Below, piece by piece: positions 8,682-18,529 of a DNA stretch of 35,018 bases. The notes under the pieces were generated by a model. That model made no database searches, was not told the DNA's origin, and was given only the letters and a program-made list of their open reading frames with translations. Origin of the DNA: Planctomycetota bacterium (lineage in GTDB: Bacteria > Planctomycetota > UBA8108 > UBA1146); contig JAYZBV010000012.1 in the NCBI GenBank assembly GCA_036338595.1, forward strand, positions 1 through 35,018, read 5' to 3'. Numbering within the stretch: the first letter of the stretch is position 1; each line of letters begins with the position of its first letter. Made by a program: the position numbers and the translations under genes.

Positions 8682-11489
8682 GTGAACGACCAACCTCCCG
8701 ACGAAACTGTGGACCAGGGCAAAATATCTCCTCCGCGCAAACGCCGGAGCAAGCCCATCACCCCCGCCCTGAGGCCATGGCTGGTGGTGGTGCTGGGCCT
8801 CTTTGCGATCCTCTCCATGAATTCCGCTTATCTGGTGACCATCACCATCGCCGAGGACTGGACCGGTGACCTGCTGCAGGATTCCTTCTACCAGTGGATG
8901 TTTCTGGGCCACCTCGGGCTCGGGCTGCTCTTCATCGTTCCGCTGGTCCTGTTTGGTTTCTGGCACCTGAGCGTCTCCTGGTCTCATCCCAACCGGCGAG
9001 CCGTCAAGGCGGGTCTGGCCCTCTTCACGGTCAGCCTTCTACTGCTGGTCTCGGGGCTGTTACTGATGCGACTCGAGGGGATCGTCGAGGTCCGCTCTGA
9101 ATTCTGGAGATCGATCTACTACTTTGCTCATGTGGCGACGCCTCTCCTTGCCGGGTGGCTATTTGTCCTGCATCGGCTCGCCGGTCCCAAGATCAACTGG
9201 TCAGCGGGAATCATGTGGAGCATCCTTGCGCTGCTCTTCACCGGGGGGATGCTCGTATGGCATCAATATTCGGGGCAGGAAGGCGCTTCCCCTTCAGAAG
9301 GTGAACAGTACTTCGAACCGTCGCTCGCCAGGACCGTAGATGGAAAGTTCATCAGCGACTCTCGCCTCATGCGCGACGATACCTGTCTCGAGTGTCACCC
9401 CTCTGCCCATGCGCTCTGGAGTCAGTCTGCCCACAAGTTCAGTTCCTTCAATAATCCTGCCTACCTGGCGAGCGTTCGAAACACGCGCAAGGTACTCCTG
9501 GAGAGAGACGGAAATGTTCACGCAGCCAGGTTCTGCGCTGGCTGTCATGACCCTGTACCCTTTTTCAGTGGAGCCTTCGACAATCCGACATACGACGATG
9601 TCAACGATCCTACTTCACAGGCGGGGATCACCTGCACCGTATGCCACGCCATCGAATCGATCCCCGGCCCGAGAGGAAACTCGGAGTTCTTGATCGGACA
9701 ACCGGACCTGTATCCCTTTGCACTGAGCGACTCGCCCCTCCTCACCTTTGTCAACCGCCAGTTGATCAAGGCGAAACCTTCCTTTCACAAGCGGACCTAC
9801 CTGAAGCCTCTGCATCAATCCGCTGAGTTCTGCAGTACTTGCCACAAGGTCCACATCCCTGAAGAGTTGAATCAATACCGTTTCCTCAGGGGGCAAAATC
9901 ACTACGACTCATGGTTACTGAGTGGCGTCAGTGGTCATGGCGTCGCCTCCTTCTACTACCCACCGAAGGCGCAGGCGAACTGCAACGGCTGCCACATGCC
10001 ACTGGTCCCCAGTGCAGATTTCGGCGCCAAGGATTTCGACGGCTCCGGTGTCAGGAGCATTCACGATCACCTGTTTCCGGGTGCAAATACCGCCATGCAA
10101 TCGATGGTCGGTACGACCCTCGAATCCCTGGAAGCGCACAGACAATTTCTCGAAGGGTCGCTGCGTGTTGATATCTTTGGAATCCGAAGGGGAGAAGATG
10201 TGGATGCGCCATTCGAGGGCCCGATCGGTCCTGGTACACCCACCCTGCAGCCCGGAGAAACGATACTGATCGAGACGGTGCTTCGCACGATGGGGATGGG
10301 ACACCATTTCACACAGGGGACCGTCGATTCAAACCAGGTGTGGGTCGAGGTCGATGTATCTCTCGATGGTCAGACCATCGCCCACAGTGGTAGCCAGGAT
10401 GAAACTGGCGTCGTGGATCCATGGTCTCATTTCGTCAATGCGCTTGTCCTGAGCAGAGACGGCAGCCGGATCGACCAGCGAAATGTAGAGGACATCTTTG
10501 TCGCCCTCTACAACCACCAGATTCCACCAGGGGCAGCCGACACCGTTCATTACCGACTCGAAGTGCCAGAGGATGCCAGCGGCATTCTCACAGTGAAGAT
10601 TCGTACGCTGTACAGAAAGTTCGATACCCACTTCTTGCACATCTTCCGGCCTCCTGCGCCAGGAGACCTTGGTGTCAACGACCTTCCCATCGTGACCCTG
10701 GGAGAAGACGAAGTCTCCTTCCCCATCGGCTCCGGGGAAGGGACCGTTGCACAAGATGAACATCCACTCTGGATGCGCTGGAATGATTACGGAATCGGAT
10801 TGCTGCGAAAAGGTGGAATGGGTGCGGTGCGAGGCGAACTGGTCTCTGCAAGCGAGGCCTTCCAGAAGGTGGTTGGCCTGGGACATGCAGATGGCCATGT
10901 CAATCTCGCTCGTGCCATGATTCGAGCCGGTAGAATCGACGATGCCGCCAGTGCGCTCTCCGATGCGGGAGGGCACTCCCCTCCTGCTCTGCCATGGACC
11001 CTCGACTGGTTCGGAGCTCGGATCAACCGCGAAAATGGCCACTACCCGGAAGCGCTGGCGTCGCTGACGAGACTTGTCGAAACACGGTATCCGGACGCAC
11101 GAAAGCGAGGATTCGATTTCTCTCGAGATGTAAGGCTTCTCAATGAACTGGGAACCGTTCACTTCGCTCTCGCTCGCCGTGAGGTTGGAGAAGACCAGGA
11201 TGCTGGGCTCGATGTGGCGAATTCCTGGTTCCAGAAGACGCTCGTGGAAGATCCAGAGAATGTGGCAGCGCACTGGAACCTCGCTCAACTCAACGATCTG
11301 ATGGGCAATCCTGAAGTGGCAAGTGAACATCGAAGACTTCATCGCAAGTACAAGCCCGACGATTCGGCACGGGATGAGGCCATCTCTGCCCATCGAAGTG
11401 CAAATCCAGCGGCAAACCACGCCGCCTCCGACATCGTGATCTATGACCTGCAGCGTGCGGCAAATAGTCCCACGCCAGGAGGAAAATGA
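8682..11489 (+). CDS. Membrane-anchored multiheme c-type cytochrome with C-terminal TPR-like repeats
   Basis: About 5 N-terminal TM segments containing His residues; five CxxCH motifs (CLECH, CAGCH, CTVCH, CSTCH, CNGCH); C-terminal TPR-like helices. Confidence 0.88.
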   Translation: MNDQPPDETVDQGKISPPRKRRSKPITPALRPWLVVVLGLFAILSMNSAYLVTITIAEDWTGDLLQDSFYQWMFLGHLGLGLLFIVPLVLFGFWHLSVSWSHPNRRAVKAGLALFTVSLLLLVSGLLLMRLEGIVEVRSEFWRSIYYFAHVATPLLAGWLFVLHRLAGPKINWSAGIMWSILALLFTGGMLVWHQYSGQEGASPSEGEQYFEPSLARTVDGKFISDSRLMRDDTCLECHPSAHALWSQSAHKFSSFNNPAYLASVRNTRKVLLERDGNVHAARFCAGCHDPVPFFSGAFDNPTYDDVNDPTSQAGITCTVCHAIESIPGPRGNSEFLIGQPDLYPFALSDSPLLTFVNRQLIKAKPSFHKRTYLKPLHQSAEFCSTCHKVHIPEELNQYRFLRGQNHYDSWLLSGVSGHGVASFYYPPKAQANCNGCHMPLVPSADFGAKDFDGSGVRSIHDHLFPGANTAMQSMVGTTLESLEAHRQFLEGSLRVDIFGIRRGEDVDAPFEGPIGPGTPTLQPGETILIETVLRTMGMGHHFTQGTVDSNQVWVEVDVSLDGQTIAHSGSQDETGVVDPWSHFVNALVLSRDGSRIDQRNVEDIFVALYNHQIPPGAADTVHYRLEVPEDASGILTVKIRTLYRKFDTHFLHIFRPPAPGDLGVNDLPIVTLGEDEVSFPIGSGEGTVAQDEHPLWMRWNDYGIGLLRKGGMGAVRGELVSASEAFQKVVGLGHADGHVNLARAMIRAGRIDDAASALSDAGGHSPPALPWTLDWFGARINRENGHYPEALASLTRLVETRYPDARKRGFDFSRDVRLLNELGTVHFALARREVGEDQDAGLDVANSWFQKTLVEDPENVAAHWNLAQLNDLMGNPEVASEHRRLHRKYKPDDSARDEAISAHRSANPAANHAASDIVIYDLQRAANSPTPGGK

Positions 11490-13312
11490 TGAGTTCTGAC
11501 GACCCTGAAGATCTCCTCGACGATGAAGAGGAAAAAGAGCAGGACGATGAAATCATCGGAAAGGCCTTTCGAGGTAGCATCCAGGTCTTCGTAGCGATAG
11601 TCCTCATCGGTTTCGCCTTGTGGTGGATCAGCCAGGAAAGAACCGAGGTCGTCGACATCGATCAAGGGGATCAGGTGCCTGTTCGTGTCAGAGACGTGCA
11701 AGCCATCGCCCCGGCCCTTCCTTTCACAGACATCACAAAAGAGTCCGGAATCGAATTCGTTCACGAAAGTGGCGCACGAGGAGAGAAGTTACTCCCCGAA
11801 ACGATGGGAAGTGGCGCTGCATTCGTCGACATCGACATGGATGGAGATGTAGACCTGATCCTGGCGAGTGGTAGACCCTGGCCCTGGAGCGATGAGCAGC
11901 CGGAGACCTCGACGGTGAGGTTGTGGCTCAACGACGGAATGGGCTCCTTCTCCGAGGCTACCCGGGCCTGGAACCTGACCTCGGACTGCTACGCAACCGG
12001 GTTGGCGATCGGCGATATCGACAGCGATGGCGATCCCGACCTGTTTATCTGTGCGGTCGGAAAGAATCAGTTACTGATCAATACCGGCACCTCATTTGCC
12101 TCCACCAACCCTGATTCTCCAATTTGCGGCGAGGATGACTCGTGGTCCTCCAGTGCTGGCTTCCTGGATGTAGACGGTGATTCCGATCTGGATCTGTTCA
12201 TCTGTGAGTATGTTCAGTGGTCTCGACAGAAAGACATCGATGTCGATTATCGACTCACGGGCGTGGGTAGGGCGTATGGTCCCCCCACCAATTTCGAGGG
12301 AACATACTGCCGATTGTTGATCAATGACGGTAGTGGAGAATTCACAGATGCCTCCGAACGATCGGGTCTGAAGATCGACGACGGGGGGCGAGCGGTTGCC
12401 AAGGCCCTGGCATTGCTGCCGGTTGACATCGATAGCGACGGAGATGTCGATGTCCTGGTCGCCAATGACACTACCCGGAACTTTCTGTTCAAGAATCGTG
12501 GTGACGGCACATTTGAAGAGGTCGGAGAAGAAACGGGCCTGGCATACGATGGAAACGGATCCACAACCGGAGCGATGGGACTCGATGCAACCGACTACAG
12601 AAACGACGGCAGTATCGGTATCGCAGTGGCAAACTTCTCTGCCGAGATGACGGGACTCTACCGGGCACAGGCGCAAGGAAGCCCATTCCTCGACGAATCG
12701 GTCAACGAAGGCATCGGCCCGCCGAGCCGAAAGTCGCTCTCCTTCGGCCTGCTCTTTCTCGATATCGATCTCGATGGTCGTCAGGACCTGATCCAGGCCA
12801 ATGGTCATCTCGAGGAGGAAATCTCATCCGTTCAACCGGGCCAGGAGTACCGTCAGGGCGCTCAGTTGTTCTGGAACAAGGGTCCAGGGAATGGCTGTTT
12901 CGAGGAGATCCCCGCTGACAAGACAGGTGCGCTGGGTACGCCTTCTATAGGCCGCGGTCTCGCTCATGCCGATATCGATGGGGATGGGGATCTGGATCTA
13001 CTACTGACCCAGGCAGGCGACAGTGCCAGGCTGCTGCGCAACGATCAAGGCACCGGCCATCACTGGATTCGTATCGACCCCGCAGACCTTCCCCCTGGCA
13101 GCTGGATCGAATGCCGACAGGCGGAACGCATTCAAAGGAGAGTCGTCGGTCGCACCCGATCCTACCTGTCTCAGTCCGAACGCTTCGTCACCTTTGGACT
13201 CGGAACTGATACTGCTGCTCCGGAAATTTTCATCCGGGCGAGAGACGGATCCGAGAGCTCATTCATCGCTCCTGGAGTCGATCAGATCGTGACAATCCCC
13301 GGTAATAATTAG
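11486..13312 (+). CDS. CRTAC1 / ASPIC-UnbV family protein with FG-GAP/VCBS-like Ca-binding repeats
   Basis: Repeated DxDxDGDxDL motifs, ETMGSG, GRGLAHAD, C-terminal SYLSQS...FGLG (ASPIC/UnbV), N-terminal TM anchor; ATGA overlap with the cytochrome gene. Confidence 0.9.
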   Translation: MMSSDDPEDLLDDEEEKEQDDEIIGKAFRGSIQVFVAIVLIGFALWWISQERTEVVDIDQGDQVPVRVRDVQAIAPALPFTDITKESGIEFVHESGARGEKLLPETMGSGAAFVDIDMDGDVDLILASGRPWPWSDEQPETSTVRLWLNDGMGSFSEATRAWNLTSDCYATGLAIGDIDSDGDPDLFICAVGKNQLLINTGTSFASTNPDSPICGEDDSWSSSAGFLDVDGDSDLDLFICEYVQWSRQKDIDVDYRLTGVGRAYGPPTNFEGTYCRLLINDGSGEFTDASERSGLKIDDGGRAVAKALALLPVDIDSDGDVDVLVANDTTRNFLFKNRGDGTFEEVGEETGLAYDGNGSTTGAMGLDATDYRNDGSIGIAVANFSAEMTGLYRAQAQGSPFLDESVNEGIGPPSRKSLSFGLLFLDIDLDGRQDLIQANGHLEEEISSVQPGQEYRQGAQLFWNKGPGNGCFEEIPADKTGALGTPSIGRGLAHADIDGDGDLDLLLTQAGDSARLLRNDQGTGHHWIRIDPADLPPGSWIECRQAERIQRRVVGRTRSYLSQSERFVTFGLGTDTAAPEIFIRARDGSESSFIAPGVDQIVTIPGNN

Positions 13313-13462
13313 CCACCTGTCAATCCGACCAATCTCGAACTGCATCCAACCTCAAGCAGGATGGATTCGAGCCAGATGGTATACCTGAAGGAACAGTGAG
13401 ATTTGAAGAGGTCTCTGGGGATTCCATCCAGTCTGCAATTCGTAAAATGTCGGAGTAATTGA

Positions 13463-14281
13463 ATGTCGAAAATCAACCTGTTTCTGATTGTAGTTTTACT
13501 TACTGCACCGGCCTCTCTGTCGGCCCAATCTGCCAGCCTTTCCATCATTGGCGGAGAAGGATTCAGGGGTGACGTCGTCAGCGCGTCGATACTGCTCACC
13601 ACTACTGCGGATCTTCACGGATTCAGCATCGGCGTCAGCCATGACCCCCTGGTTGTGTCCATCGAAACCACAGCTGGAATCCGACAAGGGGCCACGCTGC
13701 AGGCGCTCAATCTTGGTAGCGGGCCTACCTTTTTCAATGTCAACATCGCTCCTGCAAATGGAACCGGATTCACGGTCGCCTGCGTCACGGACCTGTTCGC
13801 ACCCTTCGAACAGATCCCGGTGGTCACAGATGATCCAGTACTCGAGGTGGATTACCTGATCGATATTGGGGCCACCGTTGGAGCGGTGACTCCGATCGAC
13901 TTTTCCGACCTCCTCGGCTCTCCTCCGGTAGATACCGTGATGGTATTCGAACTTCTGGAAGTTGTTCCGTCGCAAACTGGAGGATCCGTCACTGTCACCG
14001 AGCCACACTTTTTGCGCGGTGACCTGAATCAGAACGGCTCTCTATCCCTGCTCGATGGGGTACTGCTTCTGTATCGTGTTGCTGGCCTCGAAATAGCTGG
14101 ATCCTGCAGAGATGCCGATGACATCAATGACGACGGATTGCTCACCATCGGTGATGCTGTTTACCTGTTTCAGTATCTCTACGTCGGCGGTGCTGCAGTC
14201 CCGAGCCCATTCGGGATCTGTGGTCCAGATCCCGGTGCAGAGGACGGACTCGATTGCATCGAGCACAACGCCTGCCCTTGA
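13463..14281 (+). CDS. Secreted protein with cohesin-like beta-sandwich and C-terminal dockerin-like (double EF-hand) domain
   Basis: Signal peptide ending SLSA-Q; beta-rich domain (LHGFSIGVSHDP); FLRGDLNQNGSLSLLD...CRDADDINDDGLLTIGDAVYLFQYLY..GG...CGPDP...C.....CP tail. Confidence 0.75.
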   Translation: MSKINLFLIVVLLTAPASLSAQSASLSIIGGEGFRGDVVSASILLTTTADLHGFSIGVSHDPLVVSIETTAGIRQGATLQALNLGSGPTFFNVNIAPANGTGFTVACVTDLFAPFEQIPVVTDDPVLEVDYLIDIGATVGAVTPIDFSDLLGSPPVDTVMVFELLEVVPSQTGGSVTVTEPHFLRGDLNQNGSLSLLDGVLLLYRVAGLEIAGSCRDADDINDDGLLTIGDAVYLFQYLYVGGAAVPSPFGICGPDPGAEDGLDCIEHNACP

Positions 14282-14292
14282 GATACCTGCCC

Positions 14293-14322
14293 TGACGCAC
14301 GGATGACTTGACGCACGGATGA
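14293..14322. repeat. Short direct repeat TGACGCACGGATGA x2 (16-bp period) between convergent genes
   Basis: Exact 14-mer at 14293-14306 and 14309-14322. Confidence 0.8.
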
Positions 14323-14335
14323 GTCGAGCCGTCGC

Positions 14336-16291
14336 TCAAGGCAGCATCGCACTGCCGGCCTCACAGCGCCCATCTCCAGTGATCCGTGCCACCTTCGAGT
14401 CCTGACCGCGGGTTCCCTCTACCTGCACCATTCCCGCCAGAGATCTATCGAGGGTCAAGAGCGCAACGGTATCGGCATCCGCCGGAAAATCGACCGCAGG
14501 GGTGAACGATTCCTGCGTATATAGAGCTCCTCTGGAGAGACGCACGCCGTCGATGGTCCCCTGCAATGTATCGACGGCATTACCGTTCTTGTCTGGATCT
14601 CCACCAACCACCAGCGGCAATCGATTGAGGGTGCGCTGCCCGGAGGCGGACCTGGATCCCACCAGATTTCCGTCGAGATATATCCGGAGCTGGCCGCCAT
14701 CGTAGACTCCTGCGACATGGTGCCAGCGGTCCGATTGAAGGTGAACCCCCTCCGCTTCTACAACATGGTACTTGCCATCGAGATGAACCATGAAGCTCGG
14801 CACCCCATCGCTCAGGAAAATCCCGTACTCGGAACCCTCTGTTTTGGTGATGAAGGGCCTTCGACCGCTGTAATCGGCTGCCTGAACCCAGCCTTCCACC
14901 GTGAAAGCACCCTGCGCCAGCGGAACTTGAGACGAGTTCAGTTTGATGCAGTCGCCGCCACCAGTGAGGACGAGATGTCCACCATCGGGATTCCTGGCAT
15001 CCCATTGCTGATGATCGAGCGTGATCGCGATACGCCGTGTCGGAACAACCACTCCGCGTTGATGCTCGTCATCGAATTGAATTGCCACCTCGAGGAAAGG
15101 CAGGTCACCCTTGCCGCTGAGGAGAACTTCGTCGAGGTCCACTTTTACCGGCAGTTGCCTGGTCGAATGCGCATCGAGTACGACCTCGGGAATCGGAATC
15201 TCGATCCTTCCATCGGGGCTCTTGAATTTCATTCGAATCGTCGAGGCTACAGGATTCTTCAATGACAGCACGGAGTCCACTCCATACAGAGCTCTGGAAG
15301 GTGCAGGAATCGCTTCCGCGAACCGGACCAGGTCATCTGCCAGCAGTCGTTCTGAAAGCGCCCTTCTCTCGGGCGTGAAGTGGCGTGGATCCAGCAGACT
15401 CCCGACCGGTACCACGGCGATATCCACACCTCCCGGGCGAACCGTGACCAGGTTCCAGTGGTGCACCCAGCCAGCACCGGCGTAATCCCTCGATCGGTGT
15501 CCCCCGGTGGTGGCGAGAGTATGGTACGCAATGCCGTCGCGTACTCCCGCGTAGTGCAGCCGATGAATGTGTCCTCCGAAAACTGCAGCCACATTTCCTG
15601 AGAGCACCAATCTCTGATGCACATCCTCCCAGTTGGCTCCCTTGTAGTGGTTTGAGATCCAGCGTGGGTGATGCAGAAAAACAAAGACCGTTTCCAGTGA
15701 CTTCGTTTCATCGAGCACACGGTCGAGCCACTCGAGCTGTGTAGCAGAAAATCGCTGGCACTTCGGATCGCTGAAGTTCTTCTTGCCCGATACCGGATCG
15801 CCCTCGTCACTGTAGAGGATGATGAATCCACACCCCTTGTGTTCAAACCAGTACCAGAGCGGTCCAAAATGCTGCTCGTAGTTGGACTCGTGCTCCCCCT
15901 CTGGTCGGTCGGGACCCCGCCAGTAGATGTCGTGATTTCCTGCCACCGGATACCAGGGCCGACTGAGACGATTCATCGTGTCCTGAAACTGCTTCGCCTG
16001 GATGAGCCACTCTACCCTGGAGTTGTAACCCTGAATCAGATCCCCCACCGTCATCACCAGATCGGGTTCGACCAGGTTGACCTCGTTCACTGCTCTGGCG
16101 AGAACACGTATTCCTTCTGCAGGTCCTCCGGTGCGGTCTCCCATGATGGCAAATTGCCACATCGATTCCCCATCGGGAGCAGTGAGAGGGCGCGCATCTT
16201 TCCTGTCGGTCCGGACCGGATCACCGGCCGTGGCTCCAGAATGCAGAAGGAACAAGAGCCCCAGGATCAAGATGTTGGATCTGGTCTTCAT
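14336..16291 (-). CDS. Secreted calcineurin-like metallophosphoesterase with C-terminal LamG/ConA-like domain
   Basis: Start ATG 16291 after GGAGGT; signal peptide; motifs MGDRTG, TVGDL, GNHD, LHHP, GHIH; LamG signature FTVEGWV...WHHVAGVYDG..LRIYLDG...GTIDGVRLS. Confidence 0.88.
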   Translation of the reverse strand: MKTRSNILILGLLFLLHSGATAGDPVRTDRKDARPLTAPDGESMWQFAIMGDRTGGPAEGIRVLARAVNEVNLVEPDLVMTVGDLIQGYNSRVEWLIQAKQFQDTMNRLSRPWYPVAGNHDIYWRGPDRPEGEHESNYEQHFGPLWYWFEHKGCGFIILYSDEGDPVSGKKNFSDPKCQRFSATQLEWLDRVLDETKSLETVFVFLHHPRWISNHYKGANWEDVHQRLVLSGNVAAVFGGHIHRLHYAGVRDGIAYHTLATTGGHRSRDYAGAGWVHHWNLVTVRPGGVDIAVVPVGSLLDPRHFTPERRALSERLLADDLVRFAEAIPAPSRALYGVDSVLSLKNPVASTIRMKFKSPDGRIEIPIPEVVLDAHSTRQLPVKVDLDEVLLSGKGDLPFLEVAIQFDDEHQRGVVVPTRRIAITLDHQQWDARNPDGGHLVLTGGGDCIKLNSSQVPLAQGAFTVEGWVQAADYSGRRPFITKTEGSEYGIFLSDGVPSFMVHLDGKYHVVEAEGVHLQSDRWHHVAGVYDGGQLRIYLDGNLVGSRSASGQRTLNRLPLVVGGDPDKNGNAVDTLQGTIDGVRLSRGALYTQESFTPAVDFPADADTVALLTLDRSLAGMVQVEGTRGQDSKVARITGDGRCEAGSAMLP

Positions 16292-16423
16292 CGGCACACC
16301 TCCGGTCCAGAATCCTAACCGACTGGATCGCCTTGTCACGACCCCGCAGTCGGGAGATGATCCCTCAGGGGACACCGGCAGGTAGTTGGCCACCGTCGCT
16401 GAACCTCCAGAGGAAAGGACTCG

Positions 16424-16903
16424 GTGAAGCCACCTCGATACGCCCCGGATTCTCCTTTTCCTGCGTTCCCATACCTGCCCGGGAAAAATCTTCGGGATGC
16501 CAACTTTCAGCCGGCTGCTTCGATCGCGAGCGACGACTGGAGGAGTGACCCGGCCTACCTGCACGGGGTCGATCTATTCAACCATCAGTTTTACTGGGAG
16601 GCCCACGAGGCATGGGAGCATCGCTGGTTACCACTGGCAGATGGCGATCCACGTCGGACCCACCTCCAGGGTCTGATTCAAGCCAGTGCAGCGCTGCTGA
16701 AGATCCGATTGCTGGAGCCGACCCCGGCTTGCTCCATCTGGAAGAGAGGGCGAAGCAGGCTGCTCCAGGTTGCAGCGGGTTGCCCACAGGAGGCGTTTCT
16801 TGGCATCGAAATTCTACCTCTGGTACAGTCCATCGATACCATCATCGAAGTTGCGGACCCCGAATTTGAAGCTCCCTGCATCGTGTTGAGCGAAGGGCCC
16901 TGA
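16424..16903 (+). CDS. DUF309-family protein
   Basis: GVDLFNHQFYWEAHEAWEHRW...LQGLIQ..AA; GTG start after GAGGAAAGGA. Confidence 0.85.
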   Translation: MKPPRYAPDSPFPAFPYLPGKNLRDANFQPAASIASDDWRSDPAYLHGVDLFNHQFYWEAHEAWEHRWLPLADGDPRRTHLQGLIQASAALLKIRLLEPTPACSIWKRGRSRLLQVAAGCPQEAFLGIEILPLVQSIDTIIEVADPEFEAPCIVLSEGP

Positions 16904-16955
16904 TGATCGATCGGTTTTCAGTCACCGATACCAGACTCCCGGCAGAAACTCTCCC

Positions 16956-18524
16956 ATGGAGCCGCTGATAAGATCCGCAGCCTGGGCGATCCTGACTCCC
17001 GCGCTGATTGTGCTGCTCGCTCGAGTGATCCTGCAGGGACTACTCCTTCCGACCGAGTTGAGTGGCGACGAGGCCCAGTACTGGGACTGGTCGCGACAAC
17101 TGCAACTCTCTTATTACACCAAGGGACCTGGAGTGGCTCTCATCATCGCTCTCTTTACCGGCATCTTCGGCGACAACGAACTGGGTGTCAGATTCGGCAG
17201 TTACATCGCACACGCACTGGTGGCCATCTTCGTTGGGATCCTCGGTTTTCAACTCTCGGGAGGCTCGAAGAGGGTCGTCTGGCTGACCTCCATCGGCTAC
17301 CAGTGCACCCTCGGCTACCAGATCGGCGGCTCCCTGATGACGGTGGATATGCCGATGATGGTCGGTTGGAGCCTGGCAACCGTGGCGGCTGTCGCGGCTG
17401 TCCAGCGCGCAAGAGAGGGCCGTCCGGTCGGACTTCCCTTGATCATCGCAGGTGCTGCTCTCGGCTTCAGTTTTCTCGCCAAGTACACCGCGCTGCTCGG
17501 GGGGCTGGGGATCCTCATCGGGATCTGGCCCTGGAGGAAACAGCTGTGGAGTTGCCCCGGGGCAAGATCAGGAGTGCTGGCTGGATCGTTGTTGCTGAGT
17601 GCGGGTCTCGCTCCGGTGGTGATCTGGAATGCTGAACGCGGCTGGCCAACCGTCCAGCATTTACTGGGACACATCTCAGTGCCTGGTGGAGACAGTGGAG
17701 TCGTCGCCTGGAGCGACTTCGAGTTCTCCTGGCCGCTCACCTATCTGCTACAGGTCGTCGCACTCCCTGGCCCGCTGCTGGCGGTGGCGATGGGTCTGGG
17801 GATTCTGGCATGGAAAAAAGGTCGCCTGGTCAATCCGCCTCCTGAACTCCGTATCGCACTGTGGAGTGCGGTTCCGCTGTTGATCTTCTATCTGATCGTC
17901 TCCTTGAAGGGACCGACAGAGGGGAACTGGACCGCTGGCGCAGCAGCAGGACTGCTGCCGTTTGCGGCACTCTGGTTCGAATCACAGCAGCGAGGCAGGT
18001 TGGCACTCTGGCTCGGTCGTGGGGTGCTGCTTCGATCGACCCTCTCGCTGCTGTTGATCCTGACCTTGCCCTGGTCGGGACCCACCGTGTCCGGCTGGTT
18101 GTCACGGTCATCGGATTCCATCAGGATTCCACTGCATCGAGTCACCGGTCATGAATCCTTCGCCAAAGGCGTGCGTCAACTCGCCACCGAAGCTCTGGGA
18201 GCAGCAGGAAACTCGGCACCGATCGTCTGCGATTATTATGACCGAACGGCGCTGCTCGCCTTTTATCTGCCGGAACAACCGGTCGTTCACTGCGCTTCGA
18301 GGCACCTCGGAGCCCGGCGATCCGCATATGATGACTTGATACGCACTCGATTCATCGTAGAAGACTTTGCCGGAACAGACCTGATCCTGGTCGGGGCCAG
18401 CGAAGAACGTTGGCGCCTTGCATTCGAGTTCACTCATCTGAAGAATCTTGGAACACTGCTACAGAGAGATCGACAACGATCCGTTTTTCACGCCAGGGTT
18501 CGATCTGTGAAAGAAGGGGCGTAG
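16956..18524 (+). CDS. GT-C fold glycosyltransferase (ArnT/PMT-like, GT83/GT39)
   Basis: DEAQYWDWSRQLQLSYYTKGP, LAKYT, VIWNA..GW, many TM helices. Confidence 0.88.
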   Translation: MEPLIRSAAWAILTPALIVLLARVILQGLLLPTELSGDEAQYWDWSRQLQLSYYTKGPGVALIIALFTGIFGDNELGVRFGSYIAHALVAIFVGILGFQLSGGSKRVVWLTSIGYQCTLGYQIGGSLMTVDMPMMVGWSLATVAAVAAVQRAREGRPVGLPLIIAGAALGFSFLAKYTALLGGLGILIGIWPWRKQLWSCPGARSGVLAGSLLLSAGLAPVVIWNAERGWPTVQHLLGHISVPGGDSGVVAWSDFEFSWPLTYLLQVVALPGPLLAVAMGLGILAWKKGRLVNPPPELRIALWSAVPLLIFYLIVSLKGPTEGNWTAGAAAGLLPFAALWFESQQRGRLALWLGRGVLLRSTLSLLLILTLPWSGPTVSGWLSRSSDSIRIPLHRVTGHESFAKGVRQLATEALGAAGNSAPIVCDYYDRTALLAFYLPEQPVVHCASRHLGARRSAYDDLIRTRFIVEDFAGTDLILVGASEERWRLAFEFTHLKNLGTLLQRDRQRSVFHARVRSVKEGA

Positions 18525-18529
18525 AAAAG

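Noticed and set aside
10329..11420. 363-aa minus-strand ORF
   Set aside because: Antisense to the well-supported multiheme cytochrome; no recognisable domain.
13330..13372. Imperfect stem (CTCGAA..CATCC / GGATG..TTCGAG) in the intergenic region
   Set aside because: No match to a riboswitch or sRNA family I recognise and no U-tract; insufficient support.
14279..14311. TGA ending the dockerin-like gene is followed by GAT ACC TGC (apparent U-D-T-C)
   Set aside because: The protein already ends with the typical C.....CP tail, readthrough adds only about 10 residues, there is no thioredoxin context and I saw no convincing SECIS.
16292..16564. N-terminal 91 aa of the 742-aa phosphoesterase ORF
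   Set aside because: Overlaps the divergent DUF309 gene; the RBS and signal peptide indicate a start at 16291.
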